Of a DNA stretch of 64,000 bases, positions 1 through 9,900 are shown piece by piece. How positions within the stretch are numbered: the first letter of the stretch is position 1; each line of letters starts with the position of its first letter. Source of the DNA: Candidatus Helarchaeota archaeon (GTDB lineage: Archaea; Asgardarchaeota; Lokiarchaeia; Helarchaeales; RDOG01); assembly GCA_019058315.1 (NCBI GenBank), contig JAHPZH010000001.1, forward strand, positions 1,297,432-1,361,431. The letters run 5' to 3'. The position numbers and the translations under genes are program-made. The notes beneath the pieces are model-generated. The model was not told where the DNA came from. It was given only the letters and a program-made list of their open reading frames with translations, and ran no database searches.

Positions 1-756
1 GATGCACAATGGGCTTTAGCAACTTCTACCTTTTTTGACGGTATATGGCATTTAATTCAATCAGATAATGAGATGAATTTCTCTAAAAGGAATGAATTTT
101 TGAATATAGCAATAAATTATCTAAAGAATGCTTTACAAATCTTTGAAAAAGCGGGTTATGAACAAAAAAGGGATGAAATTCTAAATTATTTAGAAATGAT
201 TAAAGACGAAAAAGAAATTCTTGCTTCTGCACTTAATATTATAGAAAAACCTGAAATTTCGAAAAGCACCGTTGGAATTTCAGCACCATCGTGTCCCATT
301 GAAATAAGTTCATCAGTAAATATAGAAGAAATGCAAGAAACGGATATGAAAACAGAATCTGAATTAAATTGGGCGAAAAGAATTCATCATATTTATTTTC
401 TTTTACCAAATGGTGTCTGTATTTATGACCAATCCTTTAAAAAAGAAAAAGAGATTGAACCACATTTAGTTACTGGATCTTTAGCTGGTATTTCATCTTT
501 AATTCAAGAGTTAACACAAAATAAAACCAAAATAAAAATCGTTGAACAAGAAGAAATGACAATCCTCCTCGAGCATGGAGAAAATTTGAGTGTTGCTTTA
601 ATAACTGAAGAAAATCTAATCACCTTACAAAATAAATTAACACAATTAATTAATGATGTAGAAGATTTCTATCAAGAAGAATTGGTTGCATTTTCAGGAG
701 ATATAAGCGTTTTTTCAAAAATTGGGAAATTTATTCAAAAGATATTTGAAAGCTAA
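1..756 (+). CDS. TPR/SNAP-like solenoid + C-terminal longin-like domain protein, 5' part outside window (paralogue 1 of 5)
   Basis: Frame is open from base 1 (DAQWALATSTFFDGIWHLIQSDNEM...) and aligns with the C-terminal ~250 aa of the 3345, 6979, 42847 and 48208 paralogues, including the ISAPSCPIEISSS linker and terminal domain. Confidence 0.85.
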   Translation, partial: DAQWALATSTFFDGIWHLIQSDNEMNFSKRNEFLNIAINYLKNALQIFEKAGYEQKRDEILNYLEMIKDEKEILASALNIIEKPEISKSTVGISAPSCPIEISSSVNIEEMQETDMKTESELNWAKRIHHIYFLLPNGVCIYDQSFKKEKEIEPHLVTGSLAGISSLIQELTQNKTKIKIVEQEEMTILLEHGENLSVALITEENLITLQNKLTQLINDVEDFYQEELVAFSGDISVFSKIGKFIQKIFES

Positions 757-881
757 ATAGGAAGCGATTAAAAAATAATTTAATAATAAATCTATATTTA
801 GCTTTTTTTTAATAATACTTTCAGTGTACTCTCTCTGTGGATTATCTGTTTAATCAGAATACTCATTTGGGGAATACTTTT

Positions 882-897
882 TAAGTTTAAATACTAA
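882..897 (+). repeat. Left copy of 16-bp inverted repeat TAAGTTTAAATACTAA (contains TATA-like TTTAAATA)
   Basis: Exact reverse complement of 3198-3213. Confidence 0.75.
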
Positions 898-960
898 AGA
901 TATTATGAGGTAGTCTCGATAGTTCTATCAAATCCATTTGCTAATCAAAAGAAAATTAAA

Positions 961-1875
961 TTGGTCTTAGATCCACTATCTGAATCATATAATTTCCAAA
1001 GTTCCCAGTTCCTTTCTGATCCCGAAATTGAACCTAAGATGTTGGAAATGATTAATTCGGCCACCGAAGAACTTCTTTTAATTTCTCCTTGGATTTATAA
1101 AGACGTTATTTTGGAATCATTAATAATAGCTCGTAATAGAGGAATTATAGCTAAAATTATTGTCCGTAAGTTTAAGATTAATCGGGATAACATGAATCAT
1201 CTTATTTCAATTCAAAAATTGGATATGAATGGGATTCAAATTGCATTTACAGATAATATTCATGCAAAAATTTTGATAAAAGATGGGAAGGAACTCCTAC
1301 TCTCTTCTAAAAATATGATTGATTCTAATGCAATTGATATGGGAATTTGGAACAGGATTAAGAACGAAGTTAAAAAAGCTAGAGATGAGTTTTACTTGTT
1401 ATACAATCAACGATTTTATGATTCAAACTACATTGATTTTTCCAGTTTAAATCTTAACCTCGATACTTTTAATGATGATATTGTAATGGATATTTATGGA
1501 AAAAAGTTTGGGAAACTGTTTGGGAGGTTTAAAATCGTAATGTATGAGGGAAATAAAATTTTTGTTTCTAAAGAAAATATAATTTTCTGTGTTCATGCTA
1601 TAGCTAATAAGATATTGGAGAATCTTGGAATAAAATTTAAAAGAATTTCAACAGATCAGCTATGGAGGCTAAGGATTGATGGTCATTGGCACCTAATTTC
1701 TGAATATCCAGGTTCTATAAAAGAAGAACATATCATGAAAGCTAAATTATTACTAAATTATGACAGAAAATTGCATTTATTTTGGTCAAATGATGATGAT
1801 AGACAGTGTGTCGTTATTACTGATGGAAAAATAGCTTTATTTATCAATAATATTAATTATTTACACATTTTTTAA
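961..1875 (+). CDS. Phospholipase D superfamily (single HKD, Nuc-like) protein with unknown C-terminal domain
   Basis: INSA..ELLLISPW, ARNRG, HAKILIKD (HxKxxxxD) and SSKN motifs; start may be the ATG at 1039. Confidence 0.8.
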   Translation: MVLDPLSESYNFQSSQFLSDPEIEPKMLEMINSATEELLLISPWIYKDVILESLIIARNRGIIAKIIVRKFKINRDNMNHLISIQKLDMNGIQIAFTDNIHAKILIKDGKELLLSSKNMIDSNAIDMGIWNRIKNEVKKARDEFYLLYNQRFYDSNYIDFSSLNLNLDTFNDDIVMDIYGKKFGKLFGRFKIVMYEGNKIFVSKENIIFCVHAIANKILENLGIKFKRISTDQLWRLRIDGHWHLISEYPGSIKEEHIMKAKLLLNYDRKLHLFWSNDDDRQCVVITDGKIALFINNINYLHIF

Positions 1876-2038
1876 TCAGTTGATATTTATTTAAAAATTA
1901 AATTTTCGCATAAATGATGCGCATTTTTTGCCTATTATTACTTTCAGTCACCTCTCCGTCTGAAGTCATTTTAATCTGATTAATCTTTTTAAAAATCCAT
2001 TTAAAGGATATTCCTAGAAAGAAATTTGAGGAATATTT

Positions 2039-2233
2039 ATGGCAACTACTCAAATCCAAAAGGAAAAAATGACAAAGTTATGGACACCAAAATCTACGAC
2101 GCAAGAAAAAATCGATTTCTTAAAGGAATATTTTGGATCCTCATTAGATAAGGTTCCTTTCTGGAAACTCTATAAAGCAGTTAAAAGATTAAATTCACAT
2201 TTTTTTATCATAATCTTTAATGAGGAGACATAA
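2039..2233 (+). CDS. Small hypothetical protein
   Basis: GAGGA upstream of ATG; stop overlaps next start (TAATG). Confidence 0.55.
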   Translation: MATTQIQKEKMTKLWTPKSTTQEKIDFLKEYFGSSLDKVPFWKLYKAVKRLNSHFFIIIFNEET

Positions 2234-2502
2234 TGGAATTTTGTATAAAATGTGGCAATATTATCGATATAAATGATGACCCACTATTTCGAAGACATTG
2301 TAAAAAATGTACCGAGAGTTCTGGATCATTTATTGAATGTATTTTCTGTACAAATTTGGATCTATTAAAATCCCCCCCTTGTAAACTTGATTTTATCTTT
2401 TTTAAAAATGGTAAATGCCTAAATTTTACTAAAAAAACTTCTATTAATGATTTAATTTCGTTAATCAAAAAGCATCCACACATCTTTGATTTAGTAAATT
2501 AA
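2233..2502 (+). CDS. Small Cys-rich putative zinc-finger protein
   Basis: CIKC, CKKC and CIFC plus two further Cys; MEFCxKCG start resembles zinc ribbons. Confidence 0.6.
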   Translation: MEFCIKCGNIIDINDDPLFRRHCKKCTESSGSFIECIFCTNLDLLKSPPCKLDFIFFKNGKCLNFTKKTSINDLISLIKKHPHIFDLVN

Positions 2503-2521
2503 TTTAATTGAGATATCCTAG

Positions 2522-3043
2522 ATGTATGTTGGGGATTATTCAAAGAATTTTTTAAGTTTTTTTTTGAAGATAACAAAAGTTAGAAGAAAATATAAGAAGT
2601 TGGATTCACTTGGTATGGGAATAAGTGGATCTTGGATAGTCGATATAAGAAAATTGGTTGGTAAAATCCCTCAATATTACTACTTCCAAGATCAAGAAAC
2701 TTATTTCATGGTTTTAATCGATATTATTTTAATCGTAATACTAGAAGAAATTATACACAGCGAAGCAGGAGTTTATCATGATAAATTTGACTTTAATGCC
2801 CATTTTTATTACAAATTAATAAAAACCGAGGAAGAATTGAAAGAAATTGAAGAAACAGATATATTTCGGTATATATCTTTTATGAATTCGCTAATAAATT
2901 TAAGAAAATATAGGAATAAGAAATATGTATCAAGAATTAAGGGAGAAATCGATAATATAAATAACATATTAAATAATAGCTCCATATTTGAACGTGAAAA
3001 TTTAGCTCAAATTTTAAAAAGGTTAGGAATCCAGGATCTTTAA
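2522..3043 (+). CDS. Hypothetical helical protein
   Basis: 173-aa ORF co-oriented with the island genes; no recognised motif. Confidence 0.55.
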   Translation: MYVGDYSKNFLSFFLKITKVRRKYKKLDSLGMGISGSWIVDIRKLVGKIPQYYYFQDQETYFMVLIDIILIVILEEIIHSEAGVYHDKFDFNAHFYYKLIKTEEELKEIEETDIFRYISFMNSLINLRKYRNKKYVSRIKGEIDNINNILNNSSIFERENLAQILKRLGIQDL

Positions 3044-3078
3044 CTAATTTTTATCTTTATATTGATATTATTTATATT

Positions 3079-3164
3079 GGGTGAGCCCTACCCTCGCGGT
3101 AAAAGGGGAATGTAGGGAGGAGGGGGGTTAAAAAGTAAGGTGCGAGGTTTGGGCTCTTTTTTTT
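3079..3164. ncRNA. Candidate structured RNA or regulatory element (GC-rich stem with purine-rich loop, followed by T8)
   Basis: GAGCCC(3083-88)/GGGCTC(3151-56) and CCTCGC(3092-97)/GCGAGG(3142-47) pair; alternative CCCTAC(3086-91)/GTAGGG(3112-17); far more GC-rich than its flanks. Confidence 0.45.
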
Positions 3165-3197
3165 AACCTGCATCTTCCTAATTATATCTAGAAAAAA

Positions 3198-3213
3198 TTA
3201 GTATTTAAACTTA
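3198..3213 (-). repeat. Right copy of the 16-bp inverted repeat
   Basis: TTAGTATTTAAACTTA is the reverse complement of 882-897. Confidence 0.75.
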
Positions 3214-3344
3214 GTACGGAGTAGTTGATAACTAATAGCATTCTAATACTTTCTTTATCAGTTCTAATTTTTTAAAAAGAAAATACGATCCTTTTATAAT
3301 TTATTCTTACCTAATAAATAAGGAAATCTAGATGGGGAAATAAA

Positions 3345-6300
3345 TTGATGACACATCCAAATAAAAAAGAAATTTTAGAGCAAATTAATGATTTATTTCT
3401 TCAAACAGAAAATGAAATATTGAAATATAATTGGATCGGGGCAATAGAACTTTTAAAAAAAGTCGAAAAGATTATTTTAAATGAAAAATTAAGCGTAAAA
3501 GAAATTGAGTGTGAATTATATTATAAATTGGGGGAATTATACCAAGTAAATGCAAATTTCGAAAAAAAAGAAGATGATGTCTTAAAAAATTTTCAATTAT
3601 CTATTCTAAATTTTCAAAAAGCATACGATATATATGAAAAATTAGAAAATGAAGAAAAAATTAATGAACTTTCAGGTTCTATTAATTTCATAACATATTT
3701 ATTGGGATCTAATGAAGGAAACGAAGAATCTCTATTAAAAAATGCGAAGGACTATTTCAACAGAGCAAAACAAATTAATTTAAAAAAAAGTAATTTTCCT
3801 GATTTCTTAAAAATGGCTTTATTAGAAAGTAGGGCATTAAATTTGCTCCTTGGAGAAAAAATTATACGTATTGATGAAAAAACAGATTCCATAGCATTAG
3901 CTTCAGAATATGAAAATTTAATGGCAGATATTTGGGAAAAAATTAAAAAAGGGCAAAATTTTCCCGAAATTTGTCACTATCATTTTTTTACAAGCACTAT
4001 GGAGTTCTGTCAATGGGCATTATCTTATTTACCTGCTGAAAATTCAATAAATAAGCAACATATTATGAACAATTATGATAGAATAAAAGAATTTATAGAT
4101 ATCTTTGAAAAAAAATCAAATGCACCCAGTTTATTTGTAGCTTATACATTCATCGCCTGGTTTAATACGATTCTTGCTTCTTATTTTGTAGATAGTCAAT
4201 TTGAGCAAAAAAAACATTTAAAAATTGCAGAAAAATGGCTTAAAAAAGCAGACCAGCTATTAACTAAAAATAATACTAATAAAGCTTTGGTTTTATTTTA
4301 TTATACCCGCTTCGCCGTTTCTATACTACTAATTTCTCTAGGTTTTTTTGCAAAAGATTTTAAACATGTTATGGGAGATTTAGACGAATGTACTAATTTA
4401 TTATACGTTTATTTTCCTAGAATATTACTTGCCCATTCGGTATTTTATGCAGCATCAACATTTGCAGTTGGTGCTTTAAGTCTTTCAATTCCGGATGTTA
4501 ATACACGCATCAATCTTGCTAATATTGCTTTGGATTTACTTGAATCTGCAATTCCGAAGATTTCAATCATAACAAATCCAGATTATAAAATATATGATTT
4601 ATTTAGAAAGGGTGTCTTATGTGTAATCAATGCGTTATTAGGAGATTTAATTAAAGATAGAAAAGAAAGCTCTACTCATTTACAAATAGCATTAAATCTT
4701 TTCAATGAAATATCGAAATTTAGCAATCCAAAAATAGAAAACACATTTCTTCATTTTAATTATTTATTTGGTGTAGCTAGAACGGGAATTATATTTGCCA
4801 AAATTTCAGCAAATGAATCCGAAAAGGTTAGTTATTACTTAAAGGCAATAGATTTACTTTTAAAGAGCAAAAAGATATCAATTTCACTGTTCAGCATTGA
4901 AAATCTATTTTTAATAGGCGATCTTTATTATGAAGTAGGAGAACTAACAAATGATGATAAGATATTTAAAAATTCTTACTCATCGTATATAGAAGCAATA
5001 GAATATTGTAAAGATAAGGGTTATTCCAATTTGGTAGGTTCAGGTTATGTAAAACTTGCACAAATCGAGGATAGACTTGGAAATTATCTTTCAGCAGCAG
5101 AGAATTATAAAAAAGCAATTAATTCATTTAATAAAGCAATTTTTACCCTTACTTATTCTAGGGCGAGTAAAAAAATTGAGAAATTAAAAAATTATATAGA
5201 AGCTTGGGAACTTATAGAATCCGCAAAATCGTTTCATTTACAAGAGGATCATAACAAAGCACAGCTTAACTATGAACATGCAAGTCAAATATTAAAAGAT
5301 ATTCGTGAATATAATTTCGAGTCTCCTTTTTATTCCGCATGGGCACTTTTGGAAAAAGCAGAGTCATTAAGTAAAATAAATAAGCATCAGGAAGCTGCTG
5401 CAACTTATATTGTGAGTAAAGGAAATTTTGAAGATGCAGTTGAAACTTTTAATTCATACATAAGTAAAAGAAAATCTTCTAAAGAGACTGAGAGAATTTC
5501 AAAATTAATTCAAGTAGCAAAAATTAGAATAACTTATTGTTCAGCACGTTATCATATTGAAACTGCAAGAGTTGAAAGTAAGAATGGAAACCATTTAATC
5601 GCTTCTGAACTTTATAATAAAGCTGGTACTCTTTTTTATAAGATATGCCAATCATTTAGATTAAAAAGAGAAAAAGATGAATTAACTGCTATATATTACT
5701 TATGTAAAGCTTGGGAAAATATGGAACGGGCGGATCAAGATACAACACTTTATGCAATTGCTTCAGGATTATTTGAAAAAGCTAGCAACATTTTTCCAGA
5801 AAGTAGAATGAAAAAATTGTCCACTGGAAATTCTCTATATTGCTCAGCCTTACATTATGGTGCTTTATTTGATGAATCCACTGAATTAGAAAAGAAGATT
5901 AATTATTATAAAAGAATAAAAATGAATTTAAGGGAAGCAGCAAAAAATTATAAAGTAGGTGGCTTCGATCAAGATGCACAATGGGCCTTAGGAACGTCAA
6001 CATTCTTTGATGGTATCTGGCATTTAATACAAGCAGATAATGAGATAGATTTTACTAAAAAGAACCAATATTTAAATATCGCGACAAATTATATGAATAA
6101 TTCATTAACTATCTTTAAAGAAGCGGAATATGAGCAAAAGCAGGAGGAAATAAGGAATTATCTCGAAATGATTAGTGATGAGAAATCCATATTAACCTCC
6201 GCTTTGAATGTGATTGAAAAGCCAGAAATTTCTGCGAGTAGCATCGGTATATCAGCTCCTGCTAGTCCTGCTGAGATAAGCTCTTCAGTGAATATCGAGG

Positions 6301-6758
6301 AGATGCAAGAAACTGACCTAAAAACGGAGTCTGAATTAAATTGGAGAAAAAGAATACATTATTTATGTATATTTTTAAAAAATGGGATCTCTATTTATGA
6401 TTATACTTTTAAGTCAAAAAGTGAAATCCCACGACAATTAATTGCAAAGGAAGATCTTGAACCGCATCTAGTTGCTGGGGGGCTGTCAGGCATTTCTGCA
6501 TTAATTAAAGAATTGACACACAGTAATACTAAGATAAAGATAGTCGAACAAGAAGAAATGACCATCCTTCTCGAAGATGGAAAATATTTAACAGCTGCTT
6601 TAATAACAGAAGAAAACCTTATAACTTTGAGAAATAAGTTAATGCAATTAATTCTAGATGTGGAAGATTTCTTTCAAGAAGAATTAGAAGATTTTACTGG
6701 TGATTTAGATACTTTTAAGAAAATAGGTAAATTTGTTCAAAAAATATTTGAAATATGA
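3345..6758 (+). CDS. TPR/SNAP-like solenoid + C-terminal longin-like domain protein (paralogue 2)
   Basis: TPR-type helices (LAQIEDRLGNYLSAAENYKKA); C-terminal ~130 aa with longin pattern (IHYLCIFLKNGISIY...LVAGGLSGISALIKEL...GD..F). Confidence 0.85.
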   Translation: MMTHPNKKEILEQINDLFLQTENEILKYNWIGAIELLKKVEKIILNEKLSVKEIECELYYKLGELYQVNANFEKKEDDVLKNFQLSILNFQKAYDIYEKLENEEKINELSGSINFITYLLGSNEGNEESLLKNAKDYFNRAKQINLKKSNFPDFLKMALLESRALNLLLGEKIIRIDEKTDSIALASEYENLMADIWEKIKKGQNFPEICHYHFFTSTMEFCQWALSYLPAENSINKQHIMNNYDRIKEFIDIFEKKSNAPSLFVAYTFIAWFNTILASYFVDSQFEQKKHLKIAEKWLKKADQLLTKNNTNKALVLFYYTRFAVSILLISLGFFAKDFKHVMGDLDECTNLLYVYFPRILLAHSVFYAASTFAVGALSLSIPDVNTRINLANIALDLLESAIPKISIITNPDYKIYDLFRKGVLCVINALLGDLIKDRKESSTHLQIALNLFNEISKFSNPKIENTFLHFNYLFGVARTGIIFAKISANESEKVSYYLKAIDLLLKSKKISISLFSIENLFLIGDLYYEVGELTNDDKIFKNSYSSYIEAIEYCKDKGYSNLVGSGYVKLAQIEDRLGNYLSAAENYKKAINSFNKAIFTLTYSRASKKIEKLKNYIEAWELIESAKSFHLQEDHNKAQLNYEHASQILKDIREYNFESPFYSAWALLEKAESLSKINKHQEAAATYIVSKGNFEDAVETFNSYISKRKSSKETERISKLIQVAKIRITYCSARYHIETARVESKNGNHLIASELYNKAGTLFYKICQSFRLKREKDELTAIYYLCKAWENMERADQDTTLYAIASGLFEKASNIFPESRMKKLSTGNSLYCSALHYGALFDESTELEKKINYYKRIKMNLREAAKNYKVGGFDQDAQWALGTSTFFDGIWHLIQADNEIDFTKKNQYLNIATNYMNNSLTIFKEAEYEQKQEEIRNYLEMISDEKSILTSALNVIEKPEISASSIGISAPASPAEISSSVNIEEMQETDLKTESELNWRKRIHYLCIFLKNGISIYDYTFKSKSEIPRQLIAKEDLEPHLVAGGLSGISALIKELTHSNTKIKIVEQEEMTILLEDGKYLTAALITEENLITLRNKLMQLILDVEDFFQEELEDFTGDLDTFKKIGKFVQKIFEI

Positions 6759-6978
6759 TTATTTTGTAAAATCTCATTTACTTTTAGATTTTTTAATTAA
6801 AATTTATATCCACCTATTAATTAACATTTTAAAACTTCGAAAAATCGATTTATTTCCAATAAGATTAAAAGATTGTTTTTAGTTTACCTAAATTCCCTTT
6901 TTTTTAAGCCATTTGAACTATTTAAACGTGACCATTTATTTATATTATACCAAAATCAAATAAAACTAAGATAAATAA

Positions 6979-9900
6979 GTGGGATATTCATATATGTCTG
7001 ATTTATCACATAAAGATACTCTTAATCAAATTAATGAATTAATTTATGAAGCTGAAGAGGAAGAACGTAAATATAATTGGATAAAAGTTATAGATTTATT
7101 AAAGAAAGTAAGAAGAATAAGTTCGGAAAATAATATAAAAGAATTTGAGGGAGAGGCTTATTTCCGGCTAGGGGAAGTGTATCAGATTGCTGCAGACTTT
7201 GAAAAAGAAGAAATCGAGGTCTCCAATAAATTTCAACTTGCAATAACAAATTTTCAAAAAGCATTTTATATTTTCCACGATTTACAGAACGAAGAGAAGG
7301 AAAGTGCATCAATAGCCTTTCTTAATTATTTAAAATATGTATCTGAAACTGAAAAAGTAGAGGGATCAATTTTATTAGAATCAGCAAGACTTAACTTCAT
7401 TAAATCGAAAATTTTGTTTCAAATTAAGGGCAAATTAAAAGATTCACTGAAAATGGCTATTTTTGAAAGTAGGGCTTTAAATTTACTGATAGGGGAAAAA
7501 CTTGTTCGCCTTGAAAAAACTATAAATTTAGATGAAATGGTTTTAGAACATGAAAATTTAATTATGAACATATCAGAGGAAATAAAGAAACTCCCAGTTT
7601 TTTCTGAAATTTACCTCTTTCATCTTTTTGTTGGAATGACGGATTTTGCCATTTGGTCTTCAATTTTTTTACCAATTGATAATCTACGAAAAACTCAATA
7701 TGTTAAAAGTAATCTTAACATAGTTAAAGAATTAAGTAAGATTTTCGAAAAATCTGGGGGAACATTATCAACTTTTATGGTCTATGGTTTGTGTTCGTTA
7801 TTTAATTTAATTATTTCAGCATTTATTGTTGAAGATAGGTTTGAACAAAAACGACACTTGAAATTATCCGAAAGATGGCTTAAGAAAGCTGAGAAATTAC
7901 TACCAATAATAAGAGCTGGTGGGGGATCAAATTATTCATTAGAATTTTTCTTCTTCATGCGATTCACTAATGCAATATTTCTAATATATCTTGGTTTTTT
8001 TTCAAGGAGTTTTAAACTTGCGATAGCTGATCTAACTCTTATGTTTCATTTAATGTCCTCATTCTTTCCTAGAATAACAAATGCTACTGTAGCTTTTTAT
8101 ACACTTATCGTCTTTTTGCTTGGTGCACTTGTTAGAGCTATTCCTGCTGCTCAAAGGATTGATTTTAGTAAAAAGGCATTAGACTTTATTGATTTAATGA
8201 CAATTTATATTCCACTGATTAATAATCCGAGTTATAAGACTTTCTCTGTATTTAAAAATTTTCAAACATGCATAGCTAACGCTTTATTGGGAGATTTAAT
8301 TCAAGATAGAAAGGAAAGCAAAAAATATTTAGAAACAGCTACAAAAACATTTGATAATCTTTCAAACTTAAAAATTGAACAAGATAATTTTTTCAACCGC
8401 TATTTTTTAATTTTTATGGCAAATTCGGCAAATTTAATAGCTGAAAATATGGAAGAAAAATCAGAAAAAATCAAGTACTATGATCTAGCAATTACATATT
8501 TCTCAAAGAGTGTTAAATTTGGAGGTACATTTTTAGACATCGAAAACATGTTTAGCCTTGGGACTATTCAATATAAATTAGCTAGATTAATGAATGACGA
8601 CGAAATCTTTAAAAAATCCTACGAATCATATAAAAATGCAATTGAATATTGCTCAGGAAAGGGTTATTATAATCTAGTAGGATCAGGGTTTGTAAAGCTT
8701 GCTCAAATTGAAGATAGATTGGGTAACTATCTTTCAGCTGCTGAAAATTATAAGAAAGCATTAGAATCATTTGATAGGGCTCTTATAACCTTCACTTATC
8801 TTAAATTAGGTAAAAAAATTGAAAAGTTAAAGAATTATATGAATGCATGGCAATTGATAGAAATTGCTAAATCTCATCATATAAAAGAAGATCACACAAA
8901 TGCTCAATTAAATTACGAACAAGCCAGTCATATTTTGAGTGGGATTAAGGAATACAATTTTGAAGCTTCATTCTATTCGGCTTGGGCACTTTTAGAAAAA
9001 GCTGAGTTTTTAAGCAAGCACAATAAACATCAAGAAGCTGCGGCAACCTATTTAGTCTCTAAAACTAAGTTCGACGATGCGATCGAGGCTTTAAATTTGA
9101 AATTATCTAAAAAAATAGGTATAAGAATCAAAGAGAGAGTCTCAAAATTAATTCAAGTCGCAGAAGTTCGAGAAACCTATTGTTCTGCACGATATCAAAT
9201 AGAAACTGCGAGAATTGAATCTAAGAAAGGAAATCATATACTTGCTGCTGAGTTATATAACAAAGCTAGTACTTTATTTGAAAAATTATGTCAGACCTAT
9301 AGAATTAGAAGGGAAAAGGATGAATTAGAAGCAATATTTTACTTGTGCAAAGCATGGGAGAGTATGGAGCGGGCTAGTATACAACAGGATCCATCTTTAT
9401 TCACTATTGCTTCAGACTTATTTAAACAAGCAAGCCATATCTTTCCTGATAGTAGATTAAAAAAATTATCAATAGGTAATTCACTTTATTGTACTGCATT
9501 AGAATGCTCAGCCAAATTTGACAAAACACCTGAAATAACCGAAAAAATTAGTCATTATAAAAAGATCAAAATGGTTCTTCGAGAATCATCAAAAAATTAT
9601 AAATTAGGAGGTTTCGAACAAGACGCTAAGTGGGCATTAGCTACCTCGACGTTTTTTGATGCTATTTGGCATTTAATGAAATCGGATAATGAAATCGACT
9701 TTTCAAAAAAAAGAGAATATTTGAGCATAGCATCGAATTATCTTAATGAAGCTTTAAATATTTTGAAAGATACTGAATATGAACAAAAAAAGGAAGATAT
9801 TTTAAATCATTTAAAAATGATTAAGGATGAAAAAACGATTCTAACTTCAGCGTTAAATGTTATTGAAAAGCCCGAAATTTCAGAAAGTAGTATTGGAATT

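Noticed and set aside
2217-2483. Minus-strand 88-aa ORF
   Set aside because: Antisense shadow of the Cys-rich, translationally coupled plus-strand ORF
3079-3156. tRNA or SECIS interpretation of the GC-rich stem
   Set aside because: No cloverleaf or TTCG T-arm; no AUGA/GA core; no in-frame TGA selenoprotein candidate noticed nearby
813-3253. 10-bp direct repeats TAATACTTTC (813-822, 3244-3253) and TACTTTCAGT (816-825, 1939-1948) as att sites or TSDs
   Set aside because: Short and AT-rich, so plausible by chance; not adjacent to the inverted repeats; no integrase present
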